This document shows, in pieces, positions 18,922 to 28,482 of a stretch of 64,000 nt of DNA; within the stretch, counting starts at the first letter, position 1, and each line of letters starts with the position of its first letter. The DNA lies in contig DATIFP010000214.1 of the NCBI GenBank assembly GCA_035455165.1, positions 2,571 through 66,570 on the forward strand, in the 5' to 3' direction. The position numbers and the translations under genes are program-made. A model generated the notes under the pieces. The model was not told where the DNA came from. It saw only the letters and a list, made by a program, of their open reading frames with translations, and searched no databases. The DNA is from Blastocatellia bacterium (lineage in GTDB: Bacteria; Acidobacteriota; Blastocatellia; UBA7656).

Positions 18922-20799
18922 ATGGCAGATCATCACGAAGAAGAAATCCTAGGCAAAGCCTACGACGCGCGGCTGATGAAGCGGCTCCTCAAGTACCTGT
19001 GGCCGTACAAGTGGCACGCGCTCACCGCGCTCGTGCTCACAATGGGGAGCGCGCCGCTGGTGCTCGCCGGCGCGCCGCTCACCAAAGCGGCGATCGATCT
19101 GTTCCTGGCCCCCGATCCGTCAAAGCCGCCGTCCGGCTTTGCGCTGTTTCTTAAACATCTCGCGGAAAGATTCGGTTTCGGCGCGAGCCCATATCAAGGG
19201 ATCGTCTTCATCGCAATCGTCTTTCTTATCGCAAATCTCGCCGCATTCGCCGTCCAGTACACGCAAGCCATCGTGATGCAGGCGATGGGTCAGTACATAA
19301 TGTACGACCTGCGCAAACAGATCTTCGCGCACCTACAAAAGCTTTCCGTTCAGTTCTACGACCGCAATCCCGTTGGGCGCTTGATGACGCGGCTGACGAC
19401 TGACGTGGACGCCCTCAACGAGATGTTCACCGCCGGCGTGATCGCGATCTTCGGCGACGTCGCGATGATCTTCTACATAGTGATCTGGATGTTTCAGGTC
19501 AACTGGCAATTGGCCCTCGTCTCGTTTGCGATTCTGCCGCTGCTTGTCGCGCTCACGACGTGGTTCCGTCTCGGCGCGCGTTCGTCGTTTCGAGCCGTGC
19601 GGGTCCGCATCGCGCGAATCAACGCGTTCCTGCAGGAACACATAACGGGAATGCCGGTCGTCCAATTGTTCAATCGCGAAGAAAAAGAGATGCGCAAGTT
19701 CGATGAGATCAACGAAGCGCATCGCAAGGCCAACATCGACACCATCTTTTACTACGCGGTCTTCTATCCGGCGGTCGAGATCATCGGATCGATCGGCATA
19801 GGTCTGATCATCTGGTACGGCGGCGGCCAGGTTGTCCGCGGCGTCGCTACGATCGGCACGCTTGTGGCCTTTATTCAACTCGCGCGCTCGTTCTACGAGC
19901 CGATCTCGGACATCAGCGAGAAGTACAACATCCTTCAATCGGCGATGGCCTCATCCGAGCGAATCTTCAAGCTACTGGATGAGCCGGTCACCATCGCTTC
20001 GCCCGAGAAACCGGTTCCAATCGGACGGGCAAAAGGCCGCATCGAATTCCGGGATGTCTGGTTCGCCTACAAAGATGAAGACTGGATTTTGAAAGACGTC
20101 TCGTTCACCGTGGCGCCGGGCGAGCGGGTCGCGTTCGTCGGCCACACCGGAGCGGGCAAGACCACCATCACGAATTTGCTGCTGAGGTTTTACGACATTC
20201 AACGCGGGCAGATCCTGATCGACGGCGTAGACATCCGCGAGCTGGATCTTGAAGAGCTGCGCGCCAACTTCAGCATAGTCCTTCAGGATGTGTTTCTGTT
20301 TTCGGGCGATATCGCGGCCAACATACGCCTGGGCAATAAGGCAATCAGCGACACCCAGTTGCAGGAAGCGGCTCGCCAGGTTCACGCGGATCAGTTTGTT
20401 AAGCGGTTACCGGAAGGCTACGCTGCGGAGCTTCGCGAGCGAGGCGCGGGTCTCTCCGTAGGCCAAAAGCAACTTATCAGTTTCGCGCGAGCGCTGGCGT
20501 TTGATCCTCGCATTCTAATTTTGGACGAAGCCACAAGCTCGATCGACACCGAGACCGAGATCTTGATTCGCGACGCGGTCGAGCGCTTGATGGAAGGCCG
20601 GACCTCGCTGGTGATCGCGCACCGGTTGTCGACGATTCAATCCGTAGACAAGATCATCGTGATGCACAAAGGCGAGATCCGAGAGACGGGAACTCACCAG
20701 GACTTGCTCGCTCAGCGAGGCCTCTACTGGCGGCTTTATCAATTGCAGTTTTATCAGGACTACAAGCGCACGTTTGCGGAAAGCGTCGCGGATGATTAG
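18922..20799 (+). CDS. ABC exporter, fused permease/ATP-binding subunit (partner half transporter)
   Basis: TM domain followed by Walker A (GHTGAGKTT), signature (LSVGQKQL) and Walker B (ILILDE). Starts 12 nt after the protease gene. Confidence 0.9.
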   Translation: MADHHEEEILGKAYDARLMKRLLKYLWPYKWHALTALVLTMGSAPLVLAGAPLTKAAIDLFLAPDPSKPPSGFALFLKHLAERFGFGASPYQGIVFIAIVFLIANLAAFAVQYTQAIVMQAMGQYIMYDLRKQIFAHLQKLSVQFYDRNPVGRLMTRLTTDVDALNEMFTAGVIAIFGDVAMIFYIVIWMFQVNWQLALVSFAILPLLVALTTWFRLGARSSFRAVRVRIARINAFLQEHITGMPVVQLFNREEKEMRKFDEINEAHRKANIDTIFYYAVFYPAVEIIGSIGIGLIIWYGGGQVVRGVATIGTLVAFIQLARSFYEPISDISEKYNILQSAMASSERIFKLLDEPVTIASPEKPVPIGRAKGRIEFRDVWFAYKDEDWILKDVSFTVAPGERVAFVGHTGAGKTTITNLLLRFYDIQRGQILIDGVDIRELDLEELRANFSIVLQDVFLFSGDIAANIRLGNKAISDTQLQEAARQVHADQFVKRLPEGYAAELRERGAGLSVGQKQLISFARALAFDPRILILDEATSSIDTETEILIRDAVERLMEGRTSLVIAHRLSTIQSVDKIIVMHKGEIRETGTHQDLLAQRGLYWRLYQLQFYQDYKRTFAESVADD

Positions 20800-20835
20800 T
20801 TCGCACTGCGCGTTTGTGTACCCTGAACACTCGGC

Positions 20836-23616
20836 TCACTTCTTGCAGTTGATAACATCAACGGTCACCCCATCCGTTTCAAACGTCACCATCCCATCAC
20901 GGCCGGTCTGTAACAGCTTCACTCCGTGGGCAAGATAGCTGTTCACGACCGATGGATGAGGATGACCAAACCGGCTGCGCTCGCCGACGGAGATTACTGC
21001 GTATCGAGGATTCACTGCGTTAATGAACGCTTCGGTCGAAGACGTGCGCGAGCCGTGATGCGGGACTTTCAATAGGTCCGCGTGTAAGTTGATCCGTGAC
21101 CGAACAAGCCGATCTTCCGCGCTTTCTTCGATGTCACCAGCCAGCAGAATAGAAACCGAACCGTACACAAGCCGCAACACAACTGAATCATCGTTACCTG
21201 ATGTTACCCGGCGGCCATCCGCGGGCGGCGGCCAGAACACTTCAATCAGTACGCCATCGATCTCGAACTTCTCTCCTGCTGAGACTGAATATATCGGCGT
21301 GCTCTGCTCGTGAGCTGCGCGAGCGAATCGCTCATACTCAGGATCATCCGGCACCGCGTAACCGACGATGGCTTGACGAACGTCAAGGTTCCGGACAACG
21401 TCGGCAAGACCGCCGATGTGATCGGCGTGCGCGTGGGTCGCAAGCACGTAGTCGACTCGGGTCCGGCCCAGCGACCAGATGAACCTCGAGACGACCGCCT
21501 CGCCGATCGAGAACGAGCTGTCGCCAGGATATCCTTCGCTGTCCTCCGCTTGAGTCATTGCGCTGTTCGTTCGCCGCGCACCGAATTGAAGCTCGCCGCC
21601 TCCGTCAACGAGCAACGTCTTGCCGTGAGGAAACACGACGAGGGCCGAGTCCCCCTGTCCGACATCGAGAAAGTGAATCGCGAGCCTGCCGGCGGACTGC
21701 TTGACTGGAGGTCTGACGACCGCGACGAGCGCGACGGTCAAGGCAAGTGCGCAGATCAGAGAGAGGACGAACCGGCGTCGGGTCGACGGGGCGGCGAGGC
21801 GCGCTCGAGGTCTAAGGACCGCTTCGATTTGATCGATCGGGAACACTCGATCAATCGGCTCCCAACGATCTATCAACACCGCCACCATCGCTAGCGGGGC
21901 GAAGTACATCGCGTATACAACAGAATGCCAGCTTTCATAGTGAGCTACGCGAAACGTCGCCAGCGGCAAGTGGGAAAACGGCACGATCGCATTAACGAGT
22001 ATGTCACGGGCGAAATTCACCACGTGCTCGAGCAACGCTGCAGTCCACTCGCTGAGAGCACCAAACGCAATCGCGCCGAGCGCCGCGAGCATCAACACTC
22101 CGGTCAGCAAGCCGGCTGCGACGTTGAGCAGAACTCCGATCGGCGCCACTCGATTGAAGTACAACGCCATCAGCGGCAGCGTCGAAAGTTGAATCGACCC
22201 TGAGGTGACCACCAACAGAACGATGCCTCGGAGCGTCGATTGAATCCGCACTCGCCCCAGCACACGCGCCGCTTCTGCCTTAGGAAGTCTGTAGCGTATC
22301 GGCGCGTGCTTCATCTCGGCCTCGAATGCGCGGGCATCCCAGAAAAGAGCTTCGGCAAAGTATCGAACGGGCCCTGAACAAGCAGGCGGGTGTGGCGTAC
22401 GTGAGGTCGGGCGCCACTCGCCCACGCGACGAAGCTTGTCCGCCAAAGGCACCGCAAGACCCACGATCCCCGCAACCGCGACGAAGCTCAACTGAAACCC
22501 GGGATCGGCCACCAGAGCCGGTTTCAAGGTGAGCATCACGAACGCTGCGAGCGCCACCGTATTGACCGACGCGGCTCGCCTGAACAGCATCGGCCCGATC
22601 AGTCCGACGGTTATCATAGTCGTCGCGCGAGTAACCGGCGGAGCCAGACCGACCATGATGGCGTATGCCCAAAGGACGACAATGCACACGAACACGCGTG
22701 GAAGCGCGCGCCGCCTTAGCGCCGAGCGCCCGCCCAAAAGCGCCCACGCGATGATGCCTATGTGCAGGCCCGCGATCACCAGCGTGTGAAACGTCGAACC
22801 CTCACGCAGCTTTTCCTCCGTATCGGCGTCCAAGAAATATCGGTTGCCGGCGAGCATCGCCTTCAACATGCCGGCTACCTGAGGCTTGAAGCGCGCGTCG
22901 ATCGCGCTCATCAGGCTCAATCGTATATGGTAAAGAAATGCCAGCACGACATTCCTCGACCCTTCATCCAGGTGTTCGATTAGCAGCGGACTCTTGATGG
23001 CGCCTTTGAGGTCGTAGCCTCGACGTTCCAGAAACTCATTGAAGTCCGGCGAGCCCGGATTGGAGAATTGTCTCGCTCGTTCGAGTCTCACCAGGACTCG
23101 AATGCGAGACCCATAGTCCAGGGTGAGATTCGCGAACTCGCGTTGCGACTGTTCATCGCTTAATGAAATGACCAGCCGCGCGCGACCCGAAGCGACTATG
23201 GTTTCATCGAGCACCCGTATCGTCTCGGCGTCAACGTCGAGGTAATAGGCTCCCGGCGCAGGTTCGGGTGGCGCGCCAAGCCTACCGGTCAGCTCAACCG
23301 GATCATCGGGAGTGATGACTCTCGACTCGTAGAGGCTTACAAGTCTCGACGCGCCTACGCGGGTCCGATCAACCGTCGCGAGAAGCGCTCCGGCGACGCA
23401 AAAGCTAAGCATCAATGCCGCAGAAGCCCAGAGCTCTCTCCTTCCGTGGATCAGCCTTATTACCCCGACGACCGCCAGTAGCCCAGCCGCGACGATACCT
23501 GGCCGCCCGAACTGGAGCCATCGGTCAGCGAGAATTCCGGAAACGAGCGCGATCATCAGATAAAGAAACGGCTGGCGCGCGGGAATGAATGATGACTGAG
23601 AGAGAGACCGGGACAT
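20836..23616 (-). CDS. comEC: DNA internalisation competence protein ComEC/Rec2 (membrane domain plus C-terminal metallo-beta-lactamase domain)
   Basis: Polytopic N-terminal region followed by the MBL motif YVLATHAHADHIGGL and HHGS. Confidence 0.9.
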   Translation of the reverse strand: MSRSLSQSSFIPARQPFLYLMIALVSGILADRWLQFGRPGIVAAGLLAVVGVIRLIHGRRELWASAALMLSFCVAGALLATVDRTRVGASRLVSLYESRVITPDDPVELTGRLGAPPEPAPGAYYLDVDAETIRVLDETIVASGRARLVISLSDEQSQREFANLTLDYGSRIRVLVRLERARQFSNPGSPDFNEFLERRGYDLKGAIKSPLLIEHLDEGSRNVVLAFLYHIRLSLMSAIDARFKPQVAGMLKAMLAGNRYFLDADTEEKLREGSTFHTLVIAGLHIGIIAWALLGGRSALRRRALPRVFVCIVVLWAYAIMVGLAPPVTRATTMITVGLIGPMLFRRAASVNTVALAAFVMLTLKPALVADPGFQLSFVAVAGIVGLAVPLADKLRRVGEWRPTSRTPHPPACSGPVRYFAEALFWDARAFEAEMKHAPIRYRLPKAEAARVLGRVRIQSTLRGIVLLVVTSGSIQLSTLPLMALYFNRVAPIGVLLNVAAGLLTGVLMLAALGAIAFGALSEWTAALLEHVVNFARDILVNAIVPFSHLPLATFRVAHYESWHSVVYAMYFAPLAMVAVLIDRWEPIDRVFPIDQIEAVLRPRARLAAPSTRRRFVLSLICALALTVALVAVVRPPVKQSAGRLAIHFLDVGQGDSALVVFPHGKTLLVDGGGELQFGARRTNSAMTQAEDSEGYPGDSSFSIGEAVVSRFIWSLGRTRVDYVLATHAHADHIGGLADVVRNLDVRQAIVGYAVPDDPEYERFARAAHEQSTPIYSVSAGEKFEIDGVLIEVFWPPPADGRRVTSGNDDSVVLRLVYGSVSILLAGDIEESAEDRLVRSRINLHADLLKVPHHGSRTSSTEAFINAVNPRYAVISVGERSRFGHPHPSVVNSYLAHGVKLLQTGRDGMVTFETDGVTVDVINCKK

Positions 23617-23705
23617 GAGAACCGTGATGCGTGAAGAGTGATTCGTGAAGAGTGATTCGTGATGCGTGAAACGTGAATCATCCCATCACGGATCACGCAT
23701 CACTC
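23617..23705. repeat. CGTGA-rich inverted/tandem repeat element (copy 1)
   Basis: cgtgatgcgtgaagagtgattcgtgaagagtgattcgtgatgcgtgaaacgtga...tcacggatcacgcatcac. The arms are reverse complements (CGTGATGCGTGA / TCACGCATCACG). A related copy lies at 54836-54924. Confidence 0.7.
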
Positions 23706-24131
23706 ATCTCTCTTCGTTTGACAATGGCAGCCGCCAAGCTCGATCATTCGGCTATGAGCGCCGGACCGCCAGACGACCTTCCAGGAAGGGTGTTTGAATT
23801 CGCCAAAGCTACTGAAGCGCCCGAAGATTCATTCTTGATGAAGCGCCTTAACCTGCACGACGCAGATGAGGTTCAAGAAGTCATCGACGGCTTAACTCTG
23901 TCTCTTATCAGCTTCTGCTATCACCGCCATCCGCGCGGCGAAAATGTTCACGAGGTGATGGAAGAACTTGACCGAGCCCGGTCCGGTTCACCGGAAGCCA
24001 CGCGGCTGGAAGAGCGCGCCGACGACGCGGCCGCGCTCCAGATACCTTTTATCGTAAACCTCAACAAGCTTGTCGAGGATTATTACCACCTGAGGCGGCG
24101 CCTCGAAGCAAGGCTGCGGGCCGAAGAGTGA
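23673..24131 (+). CDS. Hypothetical protein
   Basis: ORF without recognisable motifs. The first codon is GTG and the first ATG (23724) has no clear RBS. Divergent from comEC. Confidence 0.35.
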   Translation: MNHPITDHASLISLRLTMAAAKLDHSAMSAGPPDDLPGRVFEFAKATEAPEDSFLMKRLNLHDADEVQEVIDGLTLSLISFCYHRHPRGENVHEVMEELDRARSGSPEATRLEERADDAAALQIPFIVNLNKLVEDYYHLRRRLEARLRAEE

Positions 24132-24214
24132 GCGCGAGATCACCCGAACTTTACTCCGGCCTGATTAGAACTCCTGGAACCTGCGCGAAGTTCGGCAATC
24201 AGACATTAGCCCGG

Positions 24215-24592
24215 TTATTCGTCGCCGTCATTGCCTTCGTCAGGCTCCGCATCCGCCCCTGTGAGCCCTTTTATCTCCGCCGAGATCTCCGCGCGTCGGC
24301 CCTTCGCGAGCTTCATTATGGCCGACAGATGTTTTCTGGCTCGGCGCGCGGCCGCCTTGTTACCCTTCTGGCGAAAGACCATGTTTTCGGCGGCGAACCT
24401 TCCGACTTCTACGAGAAGCTGCCCGGTAGTCGAGCCCTGCACGCGACGGTCAAACAGGCGGCGCTCACGCCCCGTGCGGCGCTCGGGCACGCCCGGCGGG
24501 GGACCTTGGTCCTGCTCGCGGCGTTCTCCCCTGCGGCGGTCCTCTCCCTGCCGGCGCTCGTCGACGGTCAGGTTGAAATCGTTTTCTTCCAT
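24215..24592 (-). CDS. Histone H1-like (Hc1-type) nucleoid protein with an Arg/Glu-rich N-terminal extension
   Basis: C-terminal KGNKAAARRARKHLSAIMKLAKGRRAEISAEIKGL resembles the chlamydial Hc1 / HCT-subfamily histone-like motif (GNKAAAQRVR..). ATG 24592 with GGAGACTAAG upstream. Confidence 0.6.
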   Translation of the reverse strand: MEENDFNLTVDERRQGEDRRRGERREQDQGPPPGVPERRTGRERRLFDRRVQGSTTGQLLVEVGRFAAENMVFRQKGNKAAARRARKHLSAIMKLAKGRRAEISAEIKGLTGADAEPDEGNDGDE

Positions 24593-24792
24593 CTTAGTCT
24601 CCAGCTTGTAGTTTCTTTTTAGCGGCCGACTGGGTGAGCCATCCGATAACTGTGTGACTTGGGAACCAGGGGCGTCCCAGCACGCGGTAGTCTATCACAG
24701 AGGGCTCAGGTTGCAAGAGAATAGACGAGCGTATCGGTTGAGGAGCGTATCGTGTCGTTAGCTCCATATCGGTGCGCTAAGACGACGCCAAC

Positions 24793-25416
24793 TTACGCCT
24801 CGCTATAGTGGTCTCTCGGCAGTGCTATGCGGACAAGATAATAGCAGAACCGAGAACTCACGTGTTCCGCGTAAGGAGTCACCAATCTGCACCGGCGCTT
24901 TGTATCGAGGTCTAGTCGGTAATAGACCTCCTCAGTTGGAAGACTAAAATAGCGTTTGAAATCAATACCAAGCTCCGGGAGGCCCACATCGCACGCATCG
25001 TCTTGCGGTTGAACCTTTTCGAGGAACTGATACCGCTCATCCTTGTTAGCCCTGATGCGCTTCCAAATGTCCGATTTGATGCCCTCCCTTCCTCGAAGTT
25101 CTTCTGCCGTCACTACCTCACAAAAAAGAACTGAAGGGAGCAGCTTGTCAGAGGAAACACCAGCGTTGTTCCTGGCTCCAAAATCCTGAATCAGGTCGCA
25201 GTCCTGACTAACGATAATGGCATAGGGATGATTTACGGAATCGATGAATGCAGTTTCCTCAGTGAGACTATCCAGCTGCAGTTTGACCTGAACAATATCC
25301 GTCAGGATCTCACCTTGCCGGAGAGATTTCGCCCGATCAGATCGCTCGTAAATTCTTGTGTGTAGAGCTTGCGATACCGATAGTCGTAGTTCAGTCGATT
25401 GTTCTTCAGACGCCAA
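24793..25416 (-). CDS. Hypothetical protein (low-GC island gene 3)
   Basis: No internal Met. Begins with TTG at 25416, with GAGGAG 10 nt upstream overlapping the stop of the preceding gene. ~48-50% GC against a ~62% background. Confidence 0.5.
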   Translation of the reverse strand: MASEEQSTELRLSVSQALHTRIYERSDRAKSLRQGEILTDIVQVKLQLDSLTEETAFIDSVNHPYAIIVSQDCDLIQDFGARNNAGVSSDKLLPSVLFCEVVTAEELRGREGIKSDIWKRIRANKDERYQFLEKVQPQDDACDVGLPELGIDFKRYFSLPTEEVYYRLDLDTKRRCRLVTPYAEHVSSRFCYYLVRIALPRDHYSEA

Positions 25417-25423
25417 GACACTC

Positions 25424-25813
25424 TTACTCCTCAGTTGCCTGGAAGGCAGGCCTATCGTACTTATCTCCCAGCCTTACTCTCGTGCCTGCGGAGTGTAAGA
25501 ACTGAGCGGGACTAGTACTGTTTCGGCTGCTATAAAACCTACAGATTTCCGCGATGGATTCGCAAGCTTCAGGCAGGCCCTTATCAGAGACTAAATTGAC
25601 TAAGTAATGACAAATTATGCGATATCTCAGACTCTCGCGCGATTCTGCTTCGATTGAGGTCGCGGGAGCACTTACAGAAATGGTATGCCTAATATTTCCG
25701 CCCGACACTTCCTGCTGCCATCCCAAGACAAATGTAGGCTTCGCACCTCCTGTCTGAGAGCTTGCTTCGTATTGGAAGCTCGTTTCAAATTGGCAAGGGT
25801 TCCATTGCCTCAT
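25424..25813 (-). CDS. Hypothetical protein (low-GC island gene 2)
   Basis: Start taken at MRQWNP (ATG 25813, GGAG 9 nt upstream). Overlaps the gene-1 stop by ~29 nt in another frame. Confidence 0.45.
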   Translation of the reverse strand: MRQWNPCQFETSFQYEASSQTGGAKPTFVLGWQQEVSGGNIRHTISVSAPATSIEAESRESLRYRIICHYLVNLVSDKGLPEACESIAEICRFYSSRNSTSPAQFLHSAGTRVRLGDKYDRPAFQATEE

Positions 25814-26570
25814 TAAGTCGCTCCGTAATGCACCAACGGAAAAGGCGAGCAGATTGCTCGTTGAAGAAGTCGAGTATCTTGATGGCATCGTTTAGCTCCG
25901 TTCGTTGATCAGTGGAAAAATCGCTATCGATGAGGTAGCACACCTCTTTTTCTTGGTTGAAGGCTAGCCCATGGTTGATAAGAACCTGGCCGCGACCGTC
26001 CAACCGAATCGTTACCTGATTGGCACTATGAACAATGTCATGTGCTATCTCAGATGATAGTTCCCCGGCAATATGAGGCTTCAGCAAAGCAGACCAAGGC
26101 GCTTCGGATAGCCCCAAGTTCGATCGCTGAATAACATCTCGATATCGCAACCCTATTCTACTATAAAAGAGTGGTGAATATAACTGTACAAAAGATTCGA
26201 GGGCGTGAATTAGTTTCTCCTTAAATACCTCCCATCGCTCGTATTTCACCGTCGATAACGCTAGAGATTCTCTGTCCATGCTGACCTTCCATGACTGGTC
26301 GCCCGAGATAAACTCGTAAGATGCCTTCCCGCCACGGAGTGAAATTGGACCGCTCGAACCAACTAGGTTTGCGAGATCAGGTGCCAAGTTGAGCTTAACC
26401 TCGGAGGTCTGAGAATCACCAAAAATTGGATAGGTTTCTCTAAGCTTCTCCTGGTACTGCGCTGGAACCTCTGTATCAATGCGCAGGATTGCGGGGAATC
26501 TTAACTGGCAGATAACCTCAACCAAAGGATTCTTTCTGTATATTACTCGGGACGATTCGGGGAATGCCAT
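25785..26570 (-). CDS. Uncharacterised protein resembling the TIGR04255 conserved-hypothetical family (low-GC island gene 1)
   Basis: The N-terminal YRKNPLVEVICQLRFP closely matches my recollection of TIGR04255-family N-termini. ~260 aa. Start at MAFPESS (ATG 26570); the track ORF extends to a TTG at 26654. Confidence 0.55.
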   Translation of the reverse strand: MAFPESSRVIYRKNPLVEVICQLRFPAILRIDTEVPAQYQEKLRETYPIFGDSQTSEVKLNLAPDLANLVGSSGPISLRGGKASYEFISGDQSWKVSMDRESLALSTVKYERWEVFKEKLIHALESFVQLYSPLFYSRIGLRYRDVIQRSNLGLSEAPWSALLKPHIAGELSSEIAHDIVHSANQVTIRLDGRGQVLINHGLAFNQEKEVCYLIDSDFSTDQRTELNDAIKILDFFNEQSARLFRWCITERLNEAMEPLPI

Positions 26571-26756
26571 CTCCTTAGCAATAACCTCCTCAAGACTAGC
26601 CAGAGAGTTCAGGCGACCGGCTGCGACTCTACAAAAAACATTATACTCCGTCAACCGCGCTTTAAGCTATTTTTGGCGGAATCAGAATTGAGCTGTCCGC
26701 AACCGTCGCAATCCCCGTTTGACGAGCCGAGCTTTGGGTCGCCCGTAGGCCTAAGT

Positions 26757-28445
26757 CTACCTCAGCATCTCTCGAGCATGGCGGCGGGCGCTTTCGGTGA
26801 TCTCGGCGCCGGTGAGCATTCGGGCAATCTCTTCGATCCTCCCGCGGCGATCGAGAGATTCAACGCCGATCTCGGTTCGCCCGCCGGCGGCATCCTTGCG
26901 CACGAGCAGATGCGTGTCGGCGAAGCGCGCGATCTGCGGTTGGTGAGTCACGCAAAGAACCTGATTGCTCTCCGAGAGCTTCTTCAGCTTGATACCCACC
27001 GCTTCACTTACGCGGCCGCCAATGCCGCTGTCGATTTCGTCGAATACGATCGTGCGAGGAAACTCGGAGGCGCCCGCCACCGTCTTCAACACAAGCATTA
27101 GCCGCGACGCTTCGCCGCCCGATGCTACCTTGGCCAGCGGCCGCACCGCTTCGCCGATGTTCGCCGAAAAATAGAACTCGACACGATCGATCCCGTTCGC
27201 CGTAAACGAAGCTCGAGCCTCATCGCCCTCCAGCTCCGAATCCGGCGGAGTCGTGATCTGTACTTGAAACCGGCCGTCTTCCATCGCCACTTCCGCGAGT
27301 CCTTCTTCTACCGCGCGCTCGAATCGCTTTGCCGCGCGCACACGTTCGCGATGAAGCTTTCGCGCGCGGTCGAGATACGTATTCCGGGCAGAGACGAGTT
27401 CGGCTCTGAGCTCGTCCAGTATTTCGTCGGATCGCTCGATCTGTCGCAGCCGGTCCTCTGAGCGAGCGAGGTGCTCGAGCGCAGATTCGATCGAGCCGCC
27501 GTACTTGCGTTTCAAACGCGATAGCTCGGCAAGCCGGTTCTCAATCTCCTCCAGCCGCGCGGGCGAAAACTCCAGCCCGTCGGCGAAGTCTCGCAGCGCG
27601 AACGCGAGGTCCTCCAGCAACGCCCGCGCCGTCTCGAGCCCCTCGCGATACTCGCTGAAGCGCGACTCGTACTCGGCTAGCTCGTCGACCCGACGCGACG
27701 TTTGCCTGATGCGCGTTATCGCCGAATCGTCGTCTTCATACGTGAGGCTAAAACCTTCGGCGCAGACAGTCGTGAGCTTCTCGACGTTGTTCAGCCGCCT
27801 CCGTTCCTCTTCCAGGCGTTCGTCCTCGCCGACGACCAGCAGGGCGCGCTCCAACTCATCAATCTGAAAACGAAGGATGTCGATGAGTTGGAACTTCTCG
27901 GCTTCTTCCTTGCTTTGTTCTTCGAGTTGGTTCCTGACCGACGACCACTGAAGGTGAGCGGCGGCCACTTGTTTTCTCAACGAGGCAATGCCTGCAAAGG
28001 AGTCGAGCAATTCGATGTGCGTGCGAGGCTCGAACAACGTCTGTTGATCACCTTGCCCGTGAATGTCCGCAATGTACGGCTGGAGCTCGCGCAGCAATGA
28101 CTGCGTGGCGAGCTGGTGATTGACGAATATTTTGTTTCTGCCGCTCGCGGCAAGCTCGCGCCTGATGATGATCTCAGGGCCGTCGGCTTCTATCCCCGAG
28201 TCGCGCAGGAGCTGCGCGAGCGCGTTGTTGCCCTCAAGCGTGAATGATCCTTCGATTGATCCTCGATCGCGGCCGGTCTTCAGGAGATCGGAGGCGAATC
28301 GACCGCCGATCAGCACGCCGAGCGCGTCCACGATGATCGATTTGCCAGACCCGGTTTCACCGGTGAGGAGGTTGAGCCCTCGATCGAATTCGACCGTGAG
28401 ATCGTCGATCAGCGCGATGTTCGAAATATTGAGGAGCGTGAGCAT
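26757..28445 (-). CDS. recN: DNA repair protein RecN
   Basis: N-terminal Walker A (LLTGETGSGKSIIVDAL). Long coiled-coil middle region. C-terminal SMC-type signature region. Start at MLTLLNISN (ATG 28445). Confidence 0.9.
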   Translation of the reverse strand: MLTLLNISNIALIDDLTVEFDRGLNLLTGETGSGKSIIVDALGVLIGGRFASDLLKTGRDRGSIEGSFTLEGNNALAQLLRDSGIEADGPEIIIRRELAASGRNKIFVNHQLATQSLLRELQPYIADIHGQGDQQTLFEPRTHIELLDSFAGIASLRKQVAAAHLQWSSVRNQLEEQSKEEAEKFQLIDILRFQIDELERALLVVGEDERLEEERRRLNNVEKLTTVCAEGFSLTYEDDDSAITRIRQTSRRVDELAEYESRFSEYREGLETARALLEDLAFALRDFADGLEFSPARLEEIENRLAELSRLKRKYGGSIESALEHLARSEDRLRQIERSDEILDELRAELVSARNTYLDRARKLHRERVRAAKRFERAVEEGLAEVAMEDGRFQVQITTPPDSELEGDEARASFTANGIDRVEFYFSANIGEAVRPLAKVASGGEASRLMLVLKTVAGASEFPRTIVFDEIDSGIGGRVSEAVGIKLKKLSESNQVLCVTHQPQIARFADTHLLVRKDAAGGRTEIGVESLDRRGRIEEIARMLTGAEITESARRHAREMLR

Positions 28446-28482
28446 CAACAACTCATGTGATTGACAACGCGCGGCCGCAAAC

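Noticed and set aside
24128-24622. 164-aa and 126-aa plus-strand ORFs overlapping the Hc1-like gene
   Set aside because: The Hc1-like minus-strand gene has a good RBS and a family motif. The plus-strand frames are Arg/Pro-rich with no start context.
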